From the sequence record DRR723986_9837: 62,961 nt of DNA; one strand, written 5' to 3'. The first letter of the stretch is position 1; each line of letters begins with the position of its first letter. The translations under genes and the position numbers were made by a program. Under the pieces are notes generated by a model, which worked only from the letters and a program-made list of their open reading frames with translations, had not been told where the DNA came from and did no database searches. Positions 47,760-57,503 of this stretch are shown here, piece after piece.

Positions 47760-48396
47760 GGCAGTGTCCTCTGCTTCTAGGCGACAAGAAGTTGCGCCCG
47801 AACCACGTTGGTTGGGCTAAGGACTGTCTCAGAAAGTCAGTCCAAGTCCCAACCAAGCGCTAAAGCAAGAGGAAAATTTGGCGGTCCTGCACTACAAAAC
47901 CATTTCAGACCATCAGCCTCATGAGTCAGGGAGTGCCCTAACTGATGAGGCCTATTGTCATCTTCCCAGTTTCGGTTGTAGTACCACTCAGGTTAAGGCC
48001 TAACACAATCCAACTCAGATGTCAGTCCTGGATTCTTTTTGCGGCTTCGTCCTCTTTCATCCGTCGGGGCTCGCCCGCGCAGGCCGAAGGCCCTTCGCCC
48101 CGCTCGGTGAAAGTTGACGAAGCAATGAAACCCGAGCTTGCACCGCTCAACTGGCACCAAAATTGTGGCTTTGTTTTTAGGATTCTAGAGGCGGCTCGTA
48201 GCGTTTGTTCATTCACGCGAAGCCTGTACTATCGCTGGCTAGCAACGTGCGGCTTTAGGCGAGGAGGGCTCTACCTAAATCAAGTTCGATGCCTGCGAGC
48301 TTGAAAACGCACTGAGACAAGCTTGCATCTGCGTTGCAGTCGCATAGACTTTAGGTAACGAGTTTTTCTTGCAGCCGGGAAGCAAAATCGGCTGTG

Positions 48397-48502
48397 CACC
48401 TTTTCTACTGGGTGGGTAAACATAAAGAAGAGTACCTTTCCTGCTGGGTAGCTAAACATAAAGCGGGGCACCCCAGCTGCCGGGTGGTTAAACATACGGC
48501 GG
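48397..48502. repeat. Three tandem ~36-bp units with a 20-bp core CTRCYGGGTRGNTAAACATA
   Basis: Units start at 48397, 48433 and 48469. Degenerate flanking units lie at 48361 and 48503. Confidence 0.8.
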
Positions 48503-48516
48503 CACTTTTCCCAGGC

Positions 48517-49818
48517 TTACGGACTTAGCATCTGCTTCTCCACTAACAGATCTCCGTACTTGAGTAACAAGGCTTGGGCACGCTTAGCGGTCGGGATGTA
48601 CTGCTCCAAGTACGTCGCATACTCGTTGTACTGCTCGCTAAAGACTCCACTTTGGCGATCGGTTAGTTTGGTTGCAGAGAGGTGCAAGGCTCTCAAACCA
48701 GCCAGTGAGTCCTCTAATGCACCGGTCGCTTGCAAGGCTTTGAGCGACATGGGCTTTTTCTCACTGGTGCGCTTCATTGCTTGGTAGCGGCCTGGTTGGG
48801 AGTAGGCCGATTGGAGAAACGGAGCGAGGTATTTCTTGATGTCTGCTTGCTCGCGCTCAAAATCCTGCAATAGCTGCTTGCGTTGTGTCTCCGCCTCAAG
48901 CTTAGCGATTTTCATCTCGGCCTCAGCCTTTGACGCTGCCTTTTCGGCTTCAAGCTTCTCAAGCTCGGACTTTGCTCGTGCCTTCTCAACTTCCTCTGCG
49001 GCTGCTGCAAGCTTTCGCTCGTTTTCTACCTTTAGCTGCATCAGCTTCTGAGCCTCCTCCTTCCTTACTCGCGCCGCAGCAGCCACGGCTTGTTGGTTTG
49101 CGTTAGTCGCCCAGCTGCGCTCGATACTCTCTAGGGCCTGCTCAAGGGTTTCAGGGCTCATCTGAGGACTGTCTGCGGCGTCTTCGAGTAGAGCATCCAG
49201 TACGCGGTTAGCATTTTGGTATGCCTTGGCCGCTACGTTTGATTCTTCTGCCACAAGTCCAATAGCTGAGGCTGTTGTTTTTGAAGGTACAAAGAGTGGA
49301 TTCTCATTTTTGAGAGCTTCTCGCACCGGCATTAGTAAACCTGAGAGCTTTGCCTCGGCGGCATCTGCAAGTTCTAGCTGTGGAAGGCTGCGGTTTACTA
49401 AGGAGTGGTAGGCTTGAAGAAAGTCAGTCTCACCGGCAATTCTGCGGCCGGTATCATCACTAGCGAGTGCCTCGGTTCTGTCTTTCCACAGCTCAGCTTG
49501 GGTCCTAAATGCTGCGACCTCCTTTTGAGCAAGTTTTCCCTGAGTATCTAGGTCTACCAAATGCGAAAGGCTTAGCTGCTGCTCTTCAATCTCCATGAGC
49601 TGCTCTGCATCCAATTCGTCTTGCTTTGCCTGGAGCTCGGTGAGCTGTGCCTTGAGTTTGGCATTTTCGTTCTCAACCTCGGATTCTGAGCGCGATAGAG
49701 CACCCAGAATTCCAGGCATCAGGAAGTAGATACCGCAAAAGACGCTTACAACAAGGATTACTCCGACAAGCGTTTTCCCAGGTGCCGGGGACGCATCGCT
49801 AGATGTCTTAGAGGTCAT
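48517..49818 (-). CDS. Membrane-anchored long coiled-coil protein
   Basis: One N-terminal TM helix followed by E/K/A/Q-rich heptads. Start overlaps the coupling-protein stop (ATGA). Confidence 0.8.
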   Translation of the reverse strand: MTSKTSSDASPAPGKTLVGVILVVSVFCGIYFLMPGILGALSRSESEVENENAKLKAQLTELQAKQDELDAEQLMEIEEQQLSLSHLVDLDTQGKLAQKEVAAFRTQAELWKDRTEALASDDTGRRIAGETDFLQAYHSLVNRSLPQLELADAAEAKLSGLLMPVREALKNENPLFVPSKTTASAIGLVAEESNVAAKAYQNANRVLDALLEDAADSPQMSPETLEQALESIERSWATNANQQAVAAAARVRKEEAQKLMQLKVENERKLAAAAEEVEKARAKSELEKLEAEKAASKAEAEMKIAKLEAETQRKQLLQDFEREQADIKKYLAPFLQSAYSQPGRYQAMKRTSEKKPMSLKALQATGALEDSLAGLRALHLSATKLTDRQSGVFSEQYNEYATYLEQYIPTAKRAQALLLKYGDLLVEKQMLSP

Positions 49819-52800
49819 TTCTCAGGATGCCTTTCTGTTTGCTGCTCTTTCCTGGGTAGTAAATAGCTGTCACCGAAGCCGCTCAGAAGATCCTCATTCC
49901 CGCTCTCAAGTGTTTCTTGCGCTGGCTCTTGGGCTTCTTCTGCATCGGGCGGGATATCGCTTACACTTGGCGGCTCAACTTCTGTTGGCCGAATAGACTC
50001 CACAGCTCTGAGCCCGGCTTCAGGGCCATCACTGCTGCTCGAATCATCTTGGGAACCCTCAGGCTCTGGTGATTGCGGAAGTCTTAGCTCTGGCGTGATG
50101 GTTTCATCAGCGCGATCTTCCCAACTAGCGTTTCGACGCCGCGCGTACTCTTCAGGGGTGATATGGAACGCTGACTCCATGACGAAGGGCAGGCCAGCAA
50201 ACTGGGCGTAGCCTTCTCCTCGTCGAATATGCAAGACACTTCGCTGTGGGTGATCTGTCATTGCTAGAATCTCGTTCGGGCGCAAGCGAGGCGAGATTTC
50301 TTCCTTAGAACCAAGCATTCGACCGGCCATGGAGAGCCCGAGTAGGCTGATATAGGAGTTCCAAGACTTTGAGTGATAAACAGTCTCGCCAGACGTTGCT
50401 GATGTTTCTTGCTGTTCAGTTAAGTCACTGGCAGCAAAAACCTGCTTGATTCGCGTATTTGCTCGTACGGACGGAATCAGATCGACGCCGCTGGTCTTCA
50501 GGTCCATCAGAGTCTGATTGGCAAGAATGACTCCGATGTTCATGCTACGCGCGGTTTGGAGAAGTAGCTCGACATTGTTCGATACAATGCGTTGAAACTC
50601 GTCAATGATGAGAAATACTTGCTTGCGTTTCGGGCCAGCAGCTTTGGCACCGCTCATCAAGGAGTAGAGAGCCAAGCGTCCCATCTCAGCGCTACTTGCC
50701 GTTCCGAGGCTCGATGCAATGTGAAAAGCCACTACTTGCGGCGTATGGAAAACATCTTGCAGATCAATTGCATTAGCCAGAGCCACCTTAGGATAAGGGC
50801 TATCTGCGGTTGCGTTCAGTGGCTCCCAATCGGCTAAACGCCGAACGACTGTACCGACATGGGTAGCAGCCTTTTTGACCTCCCTCGATAAGTGGTTGAG
50901 CGCCTTTCTTGAATTGATTACTTCTAGCAGCTCAGCAAATGATCCAATGTCGGGCTTGTATTCGAAAGCAGCGTGGAGAACCGCCGAGTTTACGTCGCTG
51001 TAGTAGCTGCGACCGTAGTCAGTACCGTGCTGAAGCCCTAAGCCAGCAGCCAGGATATCGGCCCGCTGGTAAAGGGTTAGCTTATTGATGAAGCTCTGCT
51101 GCAGCGGGTTGAATATGTAGGTTGGTGTACCTAATTCGTTGGTGAACCAGCGAAAGGGGATGTTCTCCTGAGCAGCCCCGATCCGGGCTGCCTCGAGCAA
51201 TGAGTGGTCGTCTCCCTTCATATCAAGCAATACCACTGAGCACTCACCACCTGCGATAAGCTGGGCCATGAGCGGCGCAATACCAAGCGAAGTCTTACCA
51301 GAACCCGAGTCTCCTAGAAGGTGCATGTGCTCGGTGAACACGGAGCGAGGAACGATGATGGGCGAGCGATCTTGAGCGTTAACGCCAAGAAAGACACTTT
51401 CGTTCTCAATTGGATTGCTTGAGCTCTTCATGCGCTCAGTGGCATTTTTCCAATCCGATTCCGTGAGGGAATTAGAGCCCTGAGTTTCAGCTATGCTTAA
51501 CCCGAGAAGGTGTAAGCTTGTCAGCGGCTGGGAGACCACAGCAATGAGAGTCGGTAGTGGAAGCAAAAGTGCGAAGAAAACAACTACCAGGACGTGCGAG
51601 ACGGGCCGCACAACGAGCCAGGCATACATGAGCGGGATATAAACCCAGCCCTGGGTTTGAGCCTGCGCTCGCTCCTCAGCAACTCTCCACATCTCCTCCT
51701 CGGCTTCAAACAAAGCATTTCGCTCGCGCTCTTCTTGGACTTTCTTCAAACGCTCAAGATACCGCTCGCGTGCAGCCCCTGCTAATCGCTCCAAGATCAT
51801 AGCTTGGCGTGGCTCAACCAAAACATCATCAACCTCCACTAGTCCGTCATTATCAAGAGCTTGGATTTCTGAATGGAGAATCCCTCGATCGATCATCTCA
51901 TCCAGGTCAATTCCGTCACTTGCTAGGTCGGTCTTGAGCTGCTCTTTGGCAAACCACTCGGCATGGCCCTCAGGAAGCAACCATTTGAGTGTAGGCGGTA
52001 GATTGACCTTGAGGACATCTCCAAACATAGCTGTACGAGTGCGTGCCAATCCCCAGTGAAAGTGAGCGGCACTGGCGGCTATGAGCACAATCCAGACAGA
52101 TGCTATTAGTAACCTACGTCGCGCGGGACTAACGATAGGACTTTGGGCAATGCCTGGGACCCGTAGTTGTTTGGTGTTGTAGCGAAGCCAAGCAAATAGC
52201 GCCCCGATACTGGCTTTTGCAGCCGGTAGGTACCTCAGGGACGTTCGCTTGTGGAGGAAGGCTGTTAACGGCCCAAGCAAGACGAAGAGCAAGAGCGGTA
52301 GGAGCGCTGCAGTGGAGAACCCTGAGCTATTAGCGAGTGGATCGCCTGTTTGCGGATCTGGAATGGCGCGGTAGGCAAGCAGAGCGGTTAGTGCGCATAG
52401 TGGAGTGAGCAGCCAGTAATACTCAAGGCCCTTGGCCTGGGATGCAAATGGGTTGAGCCGATTGCGCCAAAGCTTGCGAAGATTTGTAATTCGGCTGGCA
52501 TCTCCGACCTCGGTAACTCGAATCCGAAATAAATGAGTGGCGACCACATCAGCGAATAGAAATGTTAGGACGACTGCAACAATGAGCAGCAGCGCAGGCT
52601 GAGGCGGAAAGTAGAGATTGTAGTAGAGCAGATAGCTGACAATGAGGGCGATAGGCAGGCGCAACCACAAGGCAAACGAGGGGAGACCAGCAAGAAGAAA
52701 CAGAAATACGCCTAGAGCTACAACAACGGCAGCGTAGCTTACGGCGAGGTAGTCCGCTGCTGGCAAGAAGTGAAGCACGCTCATCACTAGCACTGCAAGC

Positions 52801-52979
52801 ACTCCCAGTCCGACTACGAATCGTCGATGGATTCGACGACGAGCCGTGGAGTCTTGAGCGGTGGTGGCAATCTCTAGAGCTAGATCCTGAGCCGAACCGT
52901 CGAGCTGATTTGGGTTGTCCGAATCAGCCGTTAGGCTCTCTGGCCAAGGTCTTAGCTTTGGGATTAGTTCACGCCACAT
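49815..52979 (-). CDS. VirD4/TraD-like type IV coupling ATPase with an extended multi-TM N-terminus
   Basis: Walker A GDSGSGKT, LLDMKGD, FNPL, Walker B FLIIDEFQ, ARSMNIGVILANQTL.DL. About eight hydrophobic segments lie N-terminal to the ATPase. Probable ATG at 52979. Confidence 0.8.
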   Translation of the reverse strand: MWRELIPKLRPWPESLTADSDNPNQLDGSAQDLALEIATTAQDSTARRRIHRRFVVGLGVLAVLVMSVLHFLPAADYLAVSYAAVVVALGVFLFLLAGLPSFALWLRLPIALIVSYLLYYNLYFPPQPALLLIVAVVLTFLFADVVATHLFRIRVTEVGDASRITNLRKLWRNRLNPFASQAKGLEYYWLLTPLCALTALLAYRAIPDPQTGDPLANSSGFSTAALLPLLLFVLLGPLTAFLHKRTSLRYLPAAKASIGALFAWLRYNTKQLRVPGIAQSPIVSPARRRLLIASVWIVLIAASAAHFHWGLARTRTAMFGDVLKVNLPPTLKWLLPEGHAEWFAKEQLKTDLASDGIDLDEMIDRGILHSEIQALDNDGLVEVDDVLVEPRQAMILERLAGAARERYLERLKKVQEERERNALFEAEEEMWRVAEERAQAQTQGWVYIPLMYAWLVVRPVSHVLVVVFFALLLPLPTLIAVVSQPLTSLHLLGLSIAETQGSNSLTESDWKNATERMKSSSNPIENESVFLGVNAQDRSPIIVPRSVFTEHMHLLGDSGSGKTSLGIAPLMAQLIAGGECSVVLLDMKGDDHSLLEAARIGAAQENIPFRWFTNELGTPTYIFNPLQQSFINKLTLYQRADILAAGLGLQHGTDYGRSYYSDVNSAVLHAAFEYKPDIGSFAELLEVINSRKALNHLSREVKKAATHVGTVVRRLADWEPLNATADSPYPKVALANAIDLQDVFHTPQVVAFHIASSLGTASSAEMGRLALYSLMSGAKAAGPKRKQVFLIIDEFQRIVSNNVELLLQTARSMNIGVILANQTLMDLKTSGVDLIPSVRANTRIKQVFAASDLTEQQETSATSGETVYHSKSWNSYISLLGLSMAGRMLGSKEEISPRLRPNEILAMTDHPQRSVLHIRRGEGYAQFAGLPFVMESAFHITPEEYARRRNASWEDRADETITPELRLPQSPEPEGSQDDSSSSDGPEAGLRAVESIRPTEVEPPSVSDIPPDAEEAQEPAQETLESGNEDLLSGFGDSYLLPRKEQQTERHPEK

Positions 52980-53670
52980 TGGTATTGCGTTCAATAACGT
53001 GCAGCATGTCGGGAACAACTTCGACGGCGATAGGAACGATTGGCTGATGCGAGCGGAGCCGAGTTACTAGAGCATCTGCCCGCGACTGGGTTGAGGTCGC
53101 AACCCCCAAAGTAAACTGCCCCCGGTCAATGAGTTGCTCAAACTGCTTAACCTTACGACGCTTGGAGATAGCCTCTAAGCATTTCCTGACCGTATGGTCT
53201 GGACGTGCTGCATGGTCAGCGAGGAAGCAGCCCAGTGTTTTCCTTTCATCACCCAGCTCAAGAAAATAGCAGTTAGCGTGGATGCCTTTGGCAAGGAAGC
53301 CCTCATTGATAGTTTTGATTTCTCCAACAGAGAGTCTGCGGCGGGGCTTCGAGCCGAAGTGGCAGTATCCGAGAAATGCGAAGTTAGAAATCAGCGCTTG
53401 AGGGCCATGAGGCTTACCGCGACTTGTTGGAAGACCAAAATGGCGGAGCGCACGAATTCCAAGGGTGTAGTAAATTCGAGAGTCACCATCACCGTAGAGC
53501 GGATGCTTGTTGAGATAGCCGTTTGTGGCAAGCTTGCTACAGACCTTAGTTACTGCGTTTACATTGGAGTCATCAAAGAACTCTTTGTGCAGAACTTCTC
53601 GAGTGGTTAGCCGGTAGGTACCTATATGGCTGAAAATCTCGTTATCGCGTTCCGTTAAGCGTGTTCCCAC
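52969..53670 (-). CDS. Replication-relaxation (Replic_Relax)-like protein, divergent copy
   Basis: N-terminal wHTH-like RLTERD.EI...I..YRLTT......F.....KL...GYL...YYTLG. No clear PD-(D/E)xK motif. Confidence 0.5.
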   Translation of the reverse strand: MGTRLTERDNEIFSHIGTYRLTTREVLHKEFFDDSNVNAVTKVCSKLATNGYLNKHPLYGDGDSRIYYTLGIRALRHFGLPTSRGKPHGPQALISNFAFLGYCHFGSKPRRRLSVGEIKTINEGFLAKGIHANCYFLELGDERKTLGCFLADHAARPDHTVRKCLEAISKRRKVKQFEQLIDRGQFTLGVATSTQSRADALVTRLRSHQPIVPIAVEVVPDMLHVIERNTNVA

Positions 53671-53688
53671 TGCTAGGTCCTATACGTG

Positions 53689-54321
53689 TTACCAGATCTC
53701 GTACGGCATTGCCCTCCTTACGCAGTAGTGGTGAAACGAAGAAACTCGACGTGTGGCGTAGCTGCCACCGAACTCGATTACCTTGATAGCTTCGCCAGCT
53801 GAGTTGAAAAGCTGGGCATCAGGGTTCTTGCTTCGTTCTCCAGGCGTTTGGACATCTTCCCCGAGCCACATTCCGGCCTCTTTGCGGCGTGTGCTGAGAA
53901 ACCACAAGTATACCTCAGCCATTCCCAAGTCGTGAGTAGCTTGAATGGGCCGGGTTAGAGAAGCTGTGCTATTGCCGCCAAACAGCTGCTTTGCTCGCTT
54001 GGTTGCGATAAATGCAGGCTCAAAAATAGGTGCCTCAGTCCAGCGGCTCTGAAGTCTCCAGGAGATACGTGCCGGGTTCGGGCGCGGCTCACCTGGTTGC
54101 CAACAGAGAACGGCCTCCGAAAGCTGGGGGAGGGGATGAGCCAGGACACGAAACGCTTTGAGAAGCTCTCGATTAACTAAGCGCGCAAGTGAGCGACGAG
54201 CTGCGGTCTCGGGCGCATCACATTGTGGCCACCAGTGCTTGGCAATCTGTCGAAGCGAGAGCAGACGGACTTTTCGAGATAGCGAATCAAGGATTTGTGA
54301 ATCTCGTTCTGTAAGCTTCAT
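53689..54321 (-). CDS. Replication-relaxation (Replic_Relax)-like protein
   Basis: LTERD..IL..L...RLLSL.QI..AARRSL.RL, HDL..AEVY, W.GE, PDA, IEF..Y. This fits a wHTH plus PD-(D/E)xK-like layout. Confidence 0.6.
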   Translation of the reverse strand: MKLTERDSQILDSLSRKVRLLSLRQIAKHWWPQCDAPETAARRSLARLVNRELLKAFRVLAHPLPQLSEAVLCWQPGEPRPNPARISWRLQSRWTEAPIFEPAFIATKRAKQLFGGNSTASLTRPIQATHDLGMAEVYLWFLSTRRKEAGMWLGEDVQTPGERSKNPDAQLFNSAGEAIKVIEFGGSYATRRVSSFHHYCVRRAMPYEIW

Positions 54322-54676
54322 AGTTGACCTTGGCTAAGAGAGGCTATCAACTTCTATTTCTAGGCTGAGCTATCGTGCTAGGCATTAGCAGCGAGCCAAG
54401 GTTGAACCGCAAGGTCTGAGGCCCTAGGTATGGTTCAGGGGCGGCGCGATCATCTGAGCAACTGGCCTATAATTGCGGTATTGAATGAGCATTGGGATGG
54501 CACGTGCATTAGCAACTAGGGGGTACAACCGAGGTGCCATTTACGATGCCGCAGATTTGAACTGGCCACTTGGTTTTGCGGGCATTTGTTGCGGGCAAGA
54601 ACTAGTTGCTTGAACACGAGTCCTAGCAGCACACTAGTTATCTACTTATCTACTGACTGAAAGCCTGCGAGATGCG

Positions 54677-55078
54677 ATGAAGCGACAAACCCTAAGAGCA
54701 CTGCTTGTTTGGCTACTACTGATTCTCGCCGAGATTCTTCATGGTGTGGTTCGAGCCATCCTGCTGGTTCCGGTGGTTGGTGGGTTTCGCTCTGACCAGA
54801 TCGGAGTCTTTAGTGGTTCAGTGATTGTGCTTGCAATCGCAACGGGAACAATCCGTTGGATCGGGTGTCAGACCACTGCCGAGAGTCTGCGAATTGGACT
54901 GTTATGGGGCGTGCTGACAGTTGCCTTTGAATTCTCATTTGGTTTAGTGGTGGTGCAGCGGACGTGGGAGGAGCTTTTGGCGAGCTACCGAATAGAGCGC
55001 GGTGGGTTGATGCCCTTTGGATTGCTTGTCGTGCTGCTTGCACCACTACTTGCATCGAAGCTGCGCCCTGTATCTTAA
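54677..55078 (+). CDS. Small four-TM membrane protein
   Basis: Four hydrophobic segments; W..LTVAFEFSFG..R.WE.LLA.Y..GGL motif. Confidence 0.72.
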   Translation: MKRQTLRALLVWLLLILAEILHGVVRAILLVPVVGGFRSDQIGVFSGSVIVLAIATGTIRWIGCQTTAESLRIGLLWGVLTVAFEFSFGLVVVQRTWEELLASYRIERGGLMPFGLLVVLLAPLLASKLRPVS

Positions 55079-55531
55079 AAGCTAAATAGCAGGCTGATTC
55101 AATCAGGTGGTTCACTCCAAGGTCTAACTCTTTCAATCGCCGTTTGAGCGATGTAAGCCGCTTCTACTCGTGCTGCTGAGTATCTTTGAGGTGCCATTTG
55201 GCCTGCCACTTCTTTGCCCTCAAGACCTTCGGTCTCTATCTTTCTACAGATCCAACGACGGAACTCACCCAACAAACAGATATCTCCGCCCATCGGGAAC
55301 CTACACAGATGGGGTGCTTTTGCTGTCGAGCACTGAAACAAATGGCGGCCAATGGGCGGCGCTGGCCCAACTAAGACGTGGTCTCGTTCGCAGATCCAGC
55401 AAATCAAGCCCCGAACCAATGAGGTGCTATGGAAGAATTTATTAGCTAGAGGGCTTTGGCGAGAGCTGAGGTGAAGATGAAAAGATGGGGACTAGACGCA
55501 ACTAGTCCCCCAACACGCGAGGGTAAATCGC

Positions 55532-55930
55532 ATGAAAAACAAAACTAATTCAGGAGTAAAACAAAACGCAGAAGGAGTCAAGCAACTAAGCCCACTTGAA
55601 GGTGCAGCATCGAACAAGACCAATCATCCACCGCACTACGATGATGAGCCTGATGTGACCGGAAAACGGCTATTCCCGCTTGGCAAAGTAGTGATTACTC
55701 GCGGAGCAATGCTGACCCTGAATCCGGAGACCGTAAAGCAAGCGGTAACGCGGCATATCTCTGGAAGTTGGGGAAACCTCTGTGCTCAGGACAAGTTAGC
55801 GAATGATTTCGCGATTGAGCATGGGGAGCGAGTTGTCTCGAAGTATCGCGGGGAAGACGGTGAGGATTTCTACATCATCACCGAATGGGATCGCTCCTAT
55901 ACGACGATTCTACTGACCAACGAATACTGA
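55532..55930 (+). CDS. Conserved plasmid/ICE-associated hypothetical protein
   Basis: F.LG.VV.T.G..RH..G.WG.L...D...N..A...G.R..S.Y..IITEWDRS.TTILL..EY, a motif set I recognise from mobile-element proteins. Confidence 0.75.
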   Translation: MKNKTNSGVKQNAEGVKQLSPLEGAASNKTNHPPHYDDEPDVTGKRLFPLGKVVITRGAMLTLNPETVKQAVTRHISGSWGNLCAQDKLANDFAIEHGERVVSKYRGEDGEDFYIITEWDRSYTTILLTNEY

Positions 55931-56377
55931 GTAGGCAAACAAGTGGACCAAACCCAAGACGACACCGGAGCACTGGGCAAAGCAAAGTAGCTCGAGAAGG
56001 ATTCGCAGCAAGCCTATAGCTGTTCTTTGTGGCGAACTGGGGGCGGGACTTTGAGTGAACTGGAGAGGGACTGGCAGGGGCCAGCCCTCGCGCATCATGG
56101 AGGGTGTGCCGATGAAAAACGAAACTCAAATCGAATCAATACGGGTCGCGCAAGCGGCCCGTATTCTATTTACGAACAGATACTCGCGTTTCATTCTTGC
56201 CAAGGCATCAAGGTCCAAGCGTGGGCACGTTGCTCTGTAGCTTGTATTCAGGCCTTAAACCGGACAAAGCCTCCGGTCCGAGTGCCATTTGATCTGTCAT
56301 TTTCGTGCTTTTGAGAAGGCTCCTCGCTACTCTGCTTAGTCGATCTGTGTTTTTAGGTTTTTAAGTGAGGTATCGAT

Positions 56378-57472
56378 GTGACGACATGGTTTTCTCGATC
56401 AGACAACCAACAACAAGCTGCAAGTGCTCCCCTACGTGGCGAGCTCGTGGTTCAACCCGCGAGTCCACCACAGCAACTACCTGCAGCAAAGGAGCAAAAG
56501 AACGGTTCGATTTCTCTACTTGAGGAAGCGCGTAATGCAATCGCGGAGGCCAGTACTCTTGATGAGATAAAGTCCATTCGCGATAAGGCAGAGGCAGCAC
56601 GCAACTACGCGCAAGCAGCTGGCATGGGGTTGGAGATTCAGAACTACGCAGCAGAAGTAAAGCTCCGGGCCGAGCGTCGTGCAGGGGAGTTGCTCAAGGA
56701 GCTTAAGCTGCATGGAGGAGACCGCAGTTGGGAGCGGGCTACCTCAAGGCTAACTCTACGAGACATCGGTGTGAGCAAGGACCAGTCATCTCGCTGGCAA
56801 CTGGCTGCAACGGTACCTGAGGAGAAGTTTGAAGAGTTCTTGGATAGTGCCAAGCAGAATAACGAGGAGGTAACTACCGCTGGGCTTGTTAGGCTTGCGC
56901 AGAAGGAGCAAAGAAGCGCTCCAACTCAAAGCGAAGCGAGCAGAGATGAGTGCGAACCGGTTGAGAATTGCAACGTTGTCTCTGGCTTCTCAACATTGCT
57001 TGAGAGCGAGCAGCGCTTCTCGTGTGTCTATCTCGACCCACCTTGGCCAGGCGGCTCTGATAACGACTCGTTCTTGTTAGCCTTAGCCGAGATTCCACTG
57101 ACGGACCTGACCCAGGAGCATTCCCATGTTCACATTTGGGCCGAGGATGATTCGCTATTTGCAGCCAAGCAGGCACTTGATGGATGGGGATTTGAGTTTA
57201 AGGCATGCCTCGTAGCTGTCATGCGTTCAGCAAGTCAGAGTTCTTACTGGGCTCAAGCGCATGAGTATCTGCTGCTTGGCACTCGAGGCGAGCTTCCTTT
57301 TATGGAGCAGAGCTTAAGCAGTGTTTCAAAGCTTGAGCGTGATGCCACTGGTTATCCAAACCCTGGTATTCGTAAGCTTATTGAGCGGGTGAGCCCTGGG
57401 CCTTATCTAGAGCTATTTGCCCGAAGGCGAGTTAGCAACTGGACCATCCACAGTTCGTTTATAGAGGGGTAG
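56378..57472 (+). CDS. MT-A70-family adenine methyltransferase with an N-terminal helical domain
   Basis: YLDPPW, WGFEFK, HEYLLLGTRG, PGPYLELFARR. GTG start after GAGG. Confidence 0.8.
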   Translation: MTTWFSRSDNQQQAASAPLRGELVVQPASPPQQLPAAKEQKNGSISLLEEARNAIAEASTLDEIKSIRDKAEAARNYAQAAGMGLEIQNYAAEVKLRAERRAGELLKELKLHGGDRSWERATSRLTLRDIGVSKDQSSRWQLAATVPEEKFEEFLDSAKQNNEEVTTAGLVRLAQKEQRSAPTQSEASRDECEPVENCNVVSGFSTLLESEQRFSCVYLDPPWPGGSDNDSFLLALAEIPLTDLTQEHSHVHIWAEDDSLFAAKQALDGWGFEFKACLVAVMRSASQSSYWAQAHEYLLLGTRGELPFMEQSLSSVSKLERDATGYPNPGIRKLIERVSPGPYLELFARRRVSNWTIHSSFIEG

Positions 57473-57503
57473 AGCAAGTAGCAGCATCAGTGAAAGGTTT
57501 ATC

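Noticed and set aside
48280-48495. 71-aa ORF with 12-aa repeats
   Set aside because: It follows automatically from a 36-bp repeat and has no clear RBS. It is kept only as an alternative explanation for the array.
48361-48515. 36-bp array as a CRISPR or TIGR guide array
   Set aside because: The variable segments are only 4 and about 8 nt, with no unique 30-40 nt spacers and no paired 9-nt spacers. No Cas or Nop-domain gene is nearby.
56034-56072. Imperfect direct repeat GAACTGG..GGGACT
   Set aside because: Only two short imperfect copies, so chance cannot be excluded.
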